The notes under the pieces: model-generated
What the model was told of the DNA's origin: nothing
Seen by the model: the letters and a program-made list of their open reading frames with translations, nothing else
The model's database searches: none
Assembly: GCF_002113885.1 (NCBI RefSeq)
Contig: NW_018404865.1
Coordinates: forward strand, 382,255 to 446,254
DNA: 64,000 nt
Reading direction: 5' to 3'
Source of the DNA: Mizuhopecten yessoensis
Taxonomy: Eukaryota
Part shown: positions 1 through 11,400 of the stretch, in pieces
Numbering within the stretch: position 1 is the first letter of the stretch
Layout of the letters: every line of letters begins with the position of its first letter
Program-made: the position numbers and the translations under genes

Positions 1-853
1 TAACTGTTGGCATACCTCTAACACTGAAGTCGAATGGCACGGTTTTGTCTACGTGTCCGTGTTTGTCTATAAGAGTTAGTTCTCTTCCATCGTGACATTT
101 CACCCATGACTTTCCGGGAGAACCGTTACACATTCCAGTCACAAAATTTGATTTAGAATGTTTGAAGGAAGACTCAAAGACGGGTTCCACACCCTGATGT
201 ACGACGGTACCAGTTTGCACTCCCTGAAGTGTCGCTAGTGCCTTTAGTCCAGCTGCCTTACCCTCAAACACGAGTTTCAGCTTATCTGAGTCCCATATGT
301 CGGGGGTAAATTTGATAGCGGCATGTTGGGGATACGGTCTTCTCTGTCCGTCAACGTCTTTAAGATTTCCTGAATCGTGCACCACTGCTAGATCATCTTT
401 TTCATCAATGATGCGTTGTATCTTATCTCTTTGTATTTTCATGTTTTCCACTTTTGTTGAAATGTCATTGATCACCGCTTGCAGTTCATTACAATTATTC
501 TTAGTTTGATTCTCGTAGTTTGATATAAAGATATCCGCCATCTCGTTTACGGCATTGGTAAGAACTGTCCTTCCTGCTTCAATTGACTTGGTTCGTTCTT
601 CTCGGTTTTTGTCTTGTTTTGTTTTTAGTTTCCTTAACTCATTTAGGTCCGATTCTAAATACTTCTCCAGTTCATAAACTTCTGTTACCTTCGTCTTGAG
701 TTTAGTTTTGATGTCATTTGAAATTGTGCTTGGTTTCTCGAACACGTGACCATTGTGAAGTTTGTCGGTCATACAACCTACACAGACCAGGGTGGTATCA
801 CACGTAATACACACTAATATCATCAGGTTACCCGGATGTTCTTCACATTCCAT
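1..853 (-). CDS. B-box (type 2) + coiled-coil TRIM-like protein, probably followed by an NHL/beta-propeller region; 3' end lies outside the window
   Basis: Uninterrupted minus-strand frame from ATG at 853 to the window edge (absent from the ORF track): MECEEHPGNLMILVCITCDTTLVCVGCMTDKLHNGH (C-x2-H..C-x2-C..C-x2-C..H-x2-H), then a K/E/L-rich helical segment, then beta-strand-like sequence (FVTGMC..KSWVKC..ELTLIDKHG). In-frame upstream stop near 963. Confidence 0.85.
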   Translation of the reverse strand, partial: MECEEHPGNLMILVCITCDTTLVCVGCMTDKLHNGHVFEKPSTISNDIKTKLKTKVTEVYELEKYLESDLNELRKLKTKQDKNREERTKSIEAGRTVLTNAVNEMADIFISNYENQTKNNCNELQAVINDISTKVENMKIQRDKIQRIIDEKDDLAVVHDSGNLKDVDGQRRPYPQHAAIKFTPDIWDSDKLKLVFEGKAAGLKALATLQGVQTGTVVHQGVEPVFESSFKHSKSNFVTGMCNGSPGKSWVKCHDGRELTLIDKHGHVDKTVPFDFSVRGMPTV

Positions 854-2069
854 GTTTGGTATATCAACCGATGAGGTTTGAAGTTTTAATGCTACTTGGA
901 AACCAAAATATGTTGACCAGCACCACCAAATAACACCAATTATTGTCTGTGTTAAGGCTAACTATCGCGTGTTTCTTTTAGTTCATTTACCAGAATACAA
1001 TCAATCGTCAAGGCGAATGTGGGAAGATATCACAGATTGCCAAATAGTTTTGCTTCAAACAGTAGACTCCAACTTCTCCGTGCAACATCAGCGTCTGCAT
1101 CTGAAGAAAAAAAATACGTGGGTACAAAAATAGTACAAGTTATGTAATGATAAAATGACACTGAAAAGGAAACTGTCTTTTTATCTAGTATAATATAATA
1201 TAGTTTATAAGTATAAATGACATTGGACGTGAAAAATCAAATTAACATTAGGATTTGAAAATTTCGTAATATTAAACAAATACATTATTGATAAGAAGTA
1301 ACCATTGAATATGATAATTATGAAACTAGTCTTCGCTTGTTTTAACTTCAACGAGCAATTTATCTCTTATTGACAACAATAACAATTATAATATGCTTAT
1401 CACATAAACAAGATTTGCAGATTTTTTTTTTAAGGCTGTCACCAAATAAAAATAGTGACATTTAGACTCCAAGTCTCCATAGTGACGTCACTGAGCAAAT
1501 ACAAATATGTGACACAATTAAGTTGTGATGTTAAATTTGAAATAATGGTAGAATACAGCCAATACAGTTACGCTAGGTGATAACAAATATTCATTCCCAA
1601 ACAGTTAAATATATGGAAGTTAAGAAAACGAGAACAGGCATTAATTTGGTAAGTTAATTTTTAAAAAATGGAAAAAAATGATGATATTGGAATGGTTTAT
1701 TTAAGAATAATCTGCCAAATTTTCTAAAAATAACAGTTTCATGCTTTTGTCACTTACAATGTACCTTCCATAATTGGTAGAGAGCGATTGATATTTTTGG
1801 CAAATACCGGGAACTTTTCAGTTCGCCATGACAAGGGGATTCCCATACAAAGTAGTTCCGGCTAGTAGGTAAATACAAAATTCCGTATTGCACATGTGCA
1901 AAGCAAAACGTTCTATTTCATGGTCTGAAAATTGCTTGAAATAATATAACAAGATTCAACAGGTATGTGATACAACCATTGCTAGCTCTATGTCTACTAT
2001 TATATGTTCTCTTTCTTTATGATCGTTGTTAAGCTACATAGTATAATTGAAACGACAAGAAACATGACA

Positions 2070-2528
2070 ACGTTTGTCTGATTTAGTACAGAAAACCTGA
2101 TAACGTGTGTCTGAGGTAGTACAGAAAACCTGATACCGTGTGTCTGATGTAGTACAGAAAACCTGATTCCGTGTGTCTGATGTAGTTCAGAAACCCTGAT
2201 AACGCGTGTCTGATGTAGTACAGACACCCTGATACCGTGTGTCTGATGTAGTTCAGAAACCCTGATAACGAGTGTCTGATGTAGTACAGACACCCTGATA
2301 CCGTGTGTCTGATGTAGTACAGACACCCTGATACCGTGTGTCTGATGTAGTAAAGAAAACCCGATAACGTGTGTCTGATATAGTACAGAAACACTGATAA
2401 CGTGTGTCTGTTGTAGTACAGAAACCCCGATAACGAGTGTCTGATGCAGTACAGAAACCCTGATAACGTGTGTCTGATGTAGTACAGAAACCCCGATAAC
2501 GTGTGTCTGATGTAATACAGAAAACCTG
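2070..2528. repeat. 33-bp tandem minisatellite (~14 copies)
   Basis: Unit TGTGTCTGATGTAGTACAGAAACCCTGATAACG repeated head to tail; explains the repetitive ORFs 2000..2557 and 2083..2394. Confidence 0.95.
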
Positions 2529-3024
2529 GACTCCGCAGGAGTACTATGTACCGTCATCAGATATAAGTGCTAAGGTAAATACAGTCACGTGACATTGTTT
2601 CTGTGTCAAGTACGTCCTAAATATCAATCTTGATCAAACATAGTATTAATCTAAAGATACAGGACGCCCACCAGGTTATTGCGGGTATTACTGATAAGTT
2701 AAGAGTCTTGAGCCAAACAAAAAACAAACAAATGCCCCAAATATATAATCAACAAATAATCTTGATTCAGAAAATCTATAAGAGTTTACTTCCTAGTGGT
2801 ATAAATCATATTTTTTCATTTTTAAAGACGTTATAACGTAGGTGTTATTTCCCCATATAACCTATGTAGCTAAAGTGCCTTTGTTTCTTATCTTCTTTGT
2901 TGATGAGGATAGTAATTGTGTTGAATTATTGTCGCAAAAGTTTCCAATGTGGTATATATTCCATCCTATCAGCAATGTTGGATCCGCAGGATATAGTTAA
3001 GTTTATAACGACAGGGAAAACAAG

Positions 3025-3284
3025 TGTTATGACAGCCGCTGATTATAACGAGGGAAGCAAGGGTGGTAGTCATGTGTTATGACAGCCGCTGATTATAACG
3101 AGGAAAACAAGGGTGGTAGTCATGTGTTATGAAAGCCGCTGATTATAACGAGGGAAGCAAGGGTGGTAGTCTTGTGCTATGACAGCCGCTGATTATAACG
3201 AGGGAAGCAAGGGTGGTAGTCATGTGTTATGACAGCCGCTAATTATAACGAGGGAAGCAAGGGTGGTAGTCATGTGCTATGACA
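3025..3284. repeat. 50-bp tandem repeat (~5 copies)
   Basis: Unit ATGACAGCCGCTGATTATAACGAGGGAAGCAAGGGTGGTAGTCATGTGTT at 3029, 3079, 3129, 3179, 3229. Confidence 0.95.
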
Positions 3285-4004
3285 CGATGATAGGAAATGT
3301 AGTACAAACTTGTGTTAAATAATGGTCAGCAATATCCATAAAATAACTGCTCTTGCTAAAAAAATCAGAAAATAATTAACTTTGATGAAATTATCAACAT
3401 ACCTGATGATAAGGAAATATTCGCTGCGTGTTTCGATGGGTTTATTTTTAACGTAACGGGAGAGCCGTCTGTTCTTCTCAGTCTTCTATTACACAATCCA
3501 TAGATACTTTGCCCGATAACGCCCCTGTCACGTGTATAACTTGCTGTTTATTAAACCTGAACAGAAGGTCGTTATCATGAAATCAGACGAATACAAAGTT
3601 AAGTGATGAAGACAACGACGGAAACCTTTTCAGTAGCTCGTGGATCATATCTTTAAATTATATAACATTATGTGGAACAGATTTGTATTTGTTGTTGTAC
3701 GGGATGTTTTAGTATAGTATTATGTAGACTTATATCTTCTCTTAATTTTCCTATTGAATTTACAGAACTATTTGTAATTTGAAATACTAGTAATTAAAAA
3801 AAAAAGTTGAACAAAACAAATAATTTGAAACTATAACATTTCTGTTATTTAAAGATAAAACTAAAACTACAAGCATTTAGATGCTTCTATAGCAATCGTG
3901 TTTTATTTTCAGACGGCAAATTGTGATTTTATTTTGCCTAGAAACAATAATTTTCAATATATACATATGAAGAAAGGAAATATTCAGTCATTTTGGGGGA
4001 ATGT

Positions 4005-4200
4005 CAGGTGGCGCTGTGGATAAAGCTCTCGCCTTTCACCAAGGCGGTAGCTGTTCTACCGCTGTTCGATAACTCAATCGGACGGGAAAAGGTATAGGGT
4101 CACCTGCCCGAGGGGTTTTCTCTGGATACTCCGGCAGTTTACTTCAACACAAAGACTACTAAGTGCTAACATCCTGGTCAACAAGAGTGATTGATGTAAT
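4005..4200 (+). mobile_element. Degenerate tRNA-derived SINE (family A)
   Basis: A-box-like GGTGGCGCTGTGG, GCCTTTCACCAAGGCG, B-box-like GTTCGAT, central GGTTTTCTCTGGATACTCCGG; a related copy lies inverted at 25210..25390. Confidence 0.65.
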
Positions 4201-5268
4201 TCATAATTATTGTAATAAAAAAAAAGTGTAATCCAAGTATATTTTAATCACTAGAAAAGCGTTTTATCGATTTTCGATGACGAACGTTATCATAATGATG
4301 AGTTAACAAACACGATGACGTCATAAATGAAATTATATCTCAGTGAATGTCATTCAGACTTGATGGTATTTCGTTGAGTTCATGGAAGTTCGTTGAAGTC
4401 TGTTGAAGGTAAAAAAAAAATCCGCAAAAAATTAACATAAATTTTAGACGATTTTCACTTCGTTCATTAATATCATATAAAAATCTAATCCTTAAATACA
4501 ATACAGCGCTTTCAATGATGCAGCTCAAAAGAACATCTGAAGTAAAGTCCACCCTTCACTGCTGGAGGTAATAGCTGGACGTTTTCCTGTGCATGCCTTT
4601 TCAATCCATCCATGAGTAAATGTGCATATATCTTTACCAGAATGTCATGTTTGTATTATTTCATGTCACTAAAGATGCAATGGACATTTTCAGTGTGATA
4701 CGGTGGATGCCACAATGTCACCCTGAATCAAATGATAACGTTCTGACGATATGATTATGATAAGTATCTGTCGACAATGGCTGTATTGGTATTTTGACAA
4801 TGTAGACATGATCGTTGTCGACAATACCTTCAATATTTCGATGATGAAGATATGAGATCGTTGTTATGTTGATGTTTTTTTGATGATGTTGATCTGATAG
4901 TCGCTGCCATTTGTTGTTTTGATGATATATATTTGATGCATCTAGCTGTTGACATTGAGGTACTAGTTTGATTGTAAAAAAACGATAGTTATTGACACTG
5001 AATTGGTACTTTGACGATGAAGAATCTGCCGTGTTAGCAATTTATGTAACATTCAAAATAGGAACGGTTAGGACACAGAATAGCTGCCACATATGTATTG
5101 GAGTTTGTTGACGATAGCGATATGATTGTTGTGTTCATGTTGGTTTGTTTACGATGTAGATATAGCGTACAGCTGTTCTGTTTGATCTGATCTGTTGTTA
5201 ATTATAATACATTTGATCTGCCCATTGTTAACAGTATGTGTCAACAATGTAGGTCTATACTCGTCATA

Positions 5269-5408
5269 TCACATCCCAGGAGTTGTTGAATTTGAGCATG
5301 TATGGAGGTTAATACCCAATTCAAATCCAGCCGGGCATGAGCAGATGTAACTTCCGGGGAGATTCGCACAGATGTGACTGCATGGTAATTCTAAACATTC
5401 ATTAATAT
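5269..5408 (-). CDS. Gene 2 exon 12 (terminal): cbEGF and stop
   Basis: DINECLELPCSHICANLPGSYICSCPAGFELGINLHTCSNSTTPGM*; acceptor tttctgtttcag. Confidence 0.9.
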
Positions 5409-8400
5409 CTGAAACAGAAACATATATAACAATTAGCCAAGGATTGGTAGAATATTCTTCCGAAGCTAGGGCTTTCCGCCGGAGAGGCTGCAATGAATGT
5501 TGCCGGTCTCTTTATGGTAAACGCAATGACTTGATTTATCCAATGAGATTTCTTCATTTATCATGATAAAAAAAAAAAAACTTGTAGACATTACTAGCAT
5601 CTAAGTATCATTAGAGAACTGCAAAACACCTTTTAACGTCGACCTCACTCCACGATACCACGATAACCTGTCACGTGACTTTTGCAAAGCGAATCTTACC
5701 GAACTAACATATGACCCTGACCACGACAAGTACTGTGTCACAAGGTTGATTATTAGTATTGTAAGATGATTTTGATATCATTATTGTGCATTACTGAATT
5801 GTAAAAGATTATACCACCCAGATGAATAAGCGACTTCAAAACAGGCAATAAAATCAAAACACATGAGATTTTTATGACGCAACCATAATTTAGCACAATG
5901 TTTAAGCGCAATCAACAACTTTAATGAGACTAACGCTTAAATATGTACGATTACAGTACAAAGCTTACATTTGACACTTTCGCCGGATACCTACCGAGTT
6001 GACACGTGATCCCCTGGTACCCACGTGGACAGTGGCACCTGTGATGTATGCACACACCTCCATTTCTACACTCAGGAATACACGTTGTGTCTGTTTAAAG
6101 ACGAACGATGACATGTCAAGTTTAAGTATGCATACTATTTAGAAACAAAATAATCAGATTTGCAAAGGTGGACATGTAAACAAATTGTTGAATTTAAATT
6201 TAAGATTGTTAATAAGTCGTTATCTGTTACTATAGTTTGTGTCATCTTGCGTTTGGGAATGGTTCATATTTAGAACAAACCTAACTCGTAATAAAGTATA
6301 TCACAAATTGTAGAAACCTTTAGCTATTCGAACATAATAATTATTTCCAAAAGGAGAGGAGCCAATTTAGGCCTTTCTGTGGCTATCACCGATGGGTTTT
6401 TTTCTTTTTGGATATACATACCTTCGGGTTATGCCGCCATGATATGACATATAATTAAAGTCAAATTGGAACCCAATGCTATATATAAGAGGGTCTAATT
6501 AGGAACCAAAAGAATAAAAACTTTTTTACTAAGGTGCATGTCCATTTTAGAACCTTTCTTCAAAATTTTGGAATATTGTGTAACACTGAAGCTGCGTATA
6601 AGATGAATGACCAATAAAACTAGTGCATAGTTGAAAAGTAGGTCACAGTGACCTCGCTATTTATCAGCTTAATCATGTTATCGATACACTCTATTTTGTA
6701 ACTTTATAGACATAATAACCATACACTATTCTCGCTCACTTGTATTTAGACAATTCTTAACCAAATCTTAAGATTGGGGGTAAGGCCTGACAACCACTGT
6801 GGGAGAGGCCCCGAACGGGAGGACTTGGGCACCCAAACAACAAAACAGCGGTCGTCCCAAACACCACAGGTCCCGGCAGCGCAGGGCTGAGGGATTCGGT
6901 GCTTGGCTATTCCCACTTCATTCGCCGTTACTGGGGGAATTTGGGCGGATGGGTGTGATACTTTCTTAATACTTTTTTCATTTATTTAGAAAAAAAATAC
7001 GTCCATTTATCTGGGAGTTGAAAGTATAATGAACGTACCTCACAGCCCAGTTATGATTAAGATATATTGGTATTTTATGTACTGTTGATCTGGGACAGTT
7101 GTAAAGGCTAGTAAATTGTATATATCCTTTTCCACAATAAACAGTAGTTAGCCAGAAATAAATTGATCTACAATATTAGTATGCGAGATAGCTGCAATGC
7201 AATTCCAGTTACCAGGTATTGCTATGTATTTACTGGACTAGAAGGCCTACATTCTACTCATAGCTATAAGGTTTCCCATCCGAATTGATATATTAGGTGT
7301 GTGTAAGGGGGTGGTGGTATGTCACATCATATTTACCATAATATTATGAGTCAAACTATAACAAAAAAATGAAAGTCTTTATATGCAAACCTTTCTTGCA
7401 ATCATTTAATATTTAACCCCGTTTCAAGAGATTTAGTTGTGATTATTATAAATACAATTTGGTAAGACTGCTGTATGTTTCAAATGTTAATTTAGGCACA
7501 AAAAGTGTATCGTTGATACAATAAAGCCGATAAATAGTGATAGGAGATCCCTCCTTCATTAGTTTGGTCCATATCGATATATTCTCTTCCAGGAAATGAT
7601 ATTTACCAATTTATTTCTAGACACCTGTCTCGTTGGCCAATAAATATTATATCCGAAGTACTTACTGACACACGTCCGTCCGTCTTGTCGAAGTCGACTT
7701 CCGGGCGAGCAGACGCATGCGTACCCACCATGTGTGTTCCGACAGTGGTGCTGACACAGTCCTGAGTGACGGGAACATTCGTCAATATCTGAAATATTTG
7801 GTTTAAAAATAATTCTTAATCGTTTATCTGGTTTCAACATTTGCCCTTGGTTTTTCTGTCTTATTAATTAGCGCGCGAGACCTTCTGCAGCACTTCTGAA
7901 CTTTAGTTTTGACTTCAACTAACTTTTAATGGAATATACTTCAGGTGTGTTTGTATACTAACATTCGTAAATAATGTTTAACAACGCCACACTACTAAAA
8001 CGAGTACTTATGCAAGTTATCATTTTAATATTTTTTATGTTAAAGGAAGGCTTTCTACCCTCCACTTTTCCGAAAAACGTGCAGACGTTGCTCACCCAAA
8101 CCTCCCACATAACACATTGTAAATTTAAGTGGTCTCTATTTCTTTTCGTGTTCTAAAAGAAATAAACTAGTTAATTAATTTGTATCACTGTGTGTGACTG
8201 CGGTAAACTAGTGTTCAGCTACTGAAATAGAAAAACAAAATATTTTAGAAAAAATTCTGGATTTCATTCTGATTAATCGGATTCCATTGTGTTCATTTCG
8301 AAAAAGACACTTTGAAAAGGTTTGGCTGGTGGACGATTTTAAAGAGAGAACTCCGAACACTACAATTTCACTGACCATCTGAGCTATTTTATAATCGACA

Positions 8401-11400
8401 GCTCAACAGTAACAGTTCCACTTTAAATTATAATCCACGGCCCCAGTATTTAACAAAACGAAAACAATTATGATATGATACGGCTTGTACCTTTTACCAA
8501 TGAACTATCAAACGGACATTATACCATCATGCTGGCGATCAAACCGTATCATAACCTGCGTCAAGTTTTAATCCTGGTCATGGTCCCAATTTTTACAAAA
8601 GCGAAAAATAACTACAATAGACTATGCCCGGGTTTGTACCTTTTACCTATGGTTTATAAACGTTCATCCTATTTATCTGGAACTGGATGTCAACCCGTGT
8701 CATGTGAAGTATACCTGTCTGGCAAAATAATCCCTCGAATCCCGCCGCACAGTGACAGGTCCCATCTCGGCAATGACCGCCGTTGAGACATTCAGGTGTA
8801 CATTCAACAGCTGTAATCAAATATGTGACAGATTCTAAAATAATTCTTAAATGTACTAATATCACCTATAACAAAACACACATCTCCTTTCGCGTCCGTC
8901 CGCAAACATAAAATGACCAAATCTACATCTAGACAAAGGTCAAGCTTACCACAATAAAAAGTAATAAGCTATAGAGAGCATACGTTCATTTACTTTATAC
9001 ATGTGTACCTGTAAATATGTTTTCATCTGATATTTACATACATGCATACCTTTACACGTGCGTCCGTCTGCGTTTATGGCACGTCCGGGGGGACAGACAC
9101 AGTGGTAGCTTCCGACCGTGTTCCGACAGTCGTACTGGCAGTGACCCCTCGGTAACAGGTGGCACTCGTTCACATCTGTGATTCATAAACATTGTTTATA
9201 TTTTCATCTGAGAAATATTGAAAGTGGACAATATCGACTATTTCTATTATGTTTTAAAGATTTCGATAGAATGATGTAAATATAGGCTTACTTTTTCTGT
9301 TATCCGAGAACCGGAAATTGGCTTAGTGCGTAGCCATAAATGCTGGGTTAGTCCAAAAAACGAAATGATAGAGACAATATGTGAAATATTTATGTTACCT
9401 AGTTGACAGGCGACTCCTGTGACACCTGGCGAACATATGCATGTACCATCCTTACACACGCCTCCGTTAGAACATTGGGGGTTACATGCCATTTGCAAGG
9501 ACTCCAAACTCAGCCCACAACCGGATGTCTTGTTTTCTGTACAATGATTACAACGAAAATTATCGTAACTTGGAGGGGGAAAAGTAGTCAGTGAGAAAAC
9601 ATTTTAAATTCAATACAATACAATACAAATCCCTGTCCTCATGATTTCGTGTAATTTGAGTAACTGTATGCTAGGATATTTAGAAAAATGTGTCTGATAT
9701 ATCTTTATTGCTTGCAAACGCAATAACATTTTATTGGAATACAATTCTTTTGCGTTCCTGCGCAATTAAATGGGATGTATGCCTCGTGCCAACCGCAGCC
9801 TACCTTTTATTCTAACAGCCTATGACTTAAATCTCACAGATATGAAATGCTTAACAACTAGTCTTATAGTTAAATATTTCCATTTCTACTGAGGTTGGAC
9901 TCCATAAACGAACTACAAGTAAAGTGTATGAGGGGTATTTTTCCATAAACTTTCAAGGTGGCGTATGAATACATCCGCAAAAAACTAGTTCCGTTTTTAG
10001 ATTTTCCACTTAATATAAACAAATTTGAACTTTCAGCAGTATTAGACTAGGTATAACTTGTACTAGTCCGATATTTTAGAAGTTAATAATATCATTAATG
10101 TTCATTAAATTTGTCTCAAGGCCAATCGAGAAAAAATATACTTTGAGTATTATTTAAATTACATCAGCAAACCCTTTCAGCAGACCTAATACATAGGACC
10201 GCCTCCGACCCTCATAATTGATATACATACAACATAACATACCCCCAGGACATCCGGGCCCTACGTGGGACAGCACACATCTGGCACCTCCACCATCGTC
10301 ACTAATGCTGTAGTTATCTTCACAGGGACTCAACGGTACGGCAGATACTACGCGACGGAAGCAATGACAGATATCAATAAATAGGGTTTTACTAATGTGG
10401 ATGACTTAATAATAATCTAGGGATTTCTAATAACAGAACCTGGAACTGCAGATTCCAATAAAAAAGGAAACCGTCAAGTCGACTAAAACGTCCACATTTT
10501 TATTTGTTATTAAAGTAAATTTTGGTAAAGGTCTAAAACACTAGCAATTCACGCACAGTCACGGCGAGAAGTAAAACAGGTGTGCCAGCGCTGGTTAAAA
10601 TTGTCCCGTTGGAATCTAACAATAATTTGAAAACGCAGCCAAGTTCAGAAGTCATCTGTACGATTACCTCCCTTAAATTTCAATTTAACTCCCGAAAAGC
10701 TAGATAAATTGCAATGTAGAACTTGTAGCATTTGTAGCTCACCAAAATGGTTACAATTTATTTAATCATATTTAATAAGTAGTGTTCCTATGTTATATAA
10801 GAAAAAACTGGAGGCGGAAATAGAACTCCCGGAAAGATACATTTGCACTTTTTAGTTATAAAACGCTTTAGACACTAATACTGAAAGTTGTATTAAGAAA
10901 ATTACCAGAACGAATATAATGTTTCATCGTATTTTATCTTACTAGCTCTAATAACTGTATTTAGGTTAATGTATGCATGTTCTTATGTACAATAGTATAA
11001 GAGGTAGCACAACAACTGATCAATTCTACGTCATATCCGAGTCATTTCGGTACATATATAACAACTAATTGTACATACGCTTACAGTGTAGACGAATCGA
11101 CATCGATTTGTGGACAACTCGTACACAGTTTACACCTTTGTGTGCATATGCTTCAGTGGTCATTTGTCTGTTGAAGGTGACAGAGTACATACCGTACTAG
11201 TCATCGAAACGTCACATAAAAAACACTTATTGGTTTTGTAACAAGAACTTTTCATGATAAAGTATAAATATGTTGTTCAACATTTTACTATAAGAAACGT
11301 ATGAAGTGATATTCCCCAGTACCTGAAAGAAACCGATTCCTTTAAAAGAAAATATAGCATTTGATCAAACCTGATAATCCTACGTTTATAAGTAGACACG

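Noticed and set aside
2000-2557. 185-aa and 103-aa repetitive ORFs
   Set aside because: By-products of a stop-free 33-bp minisatellite; no splice or domain support.
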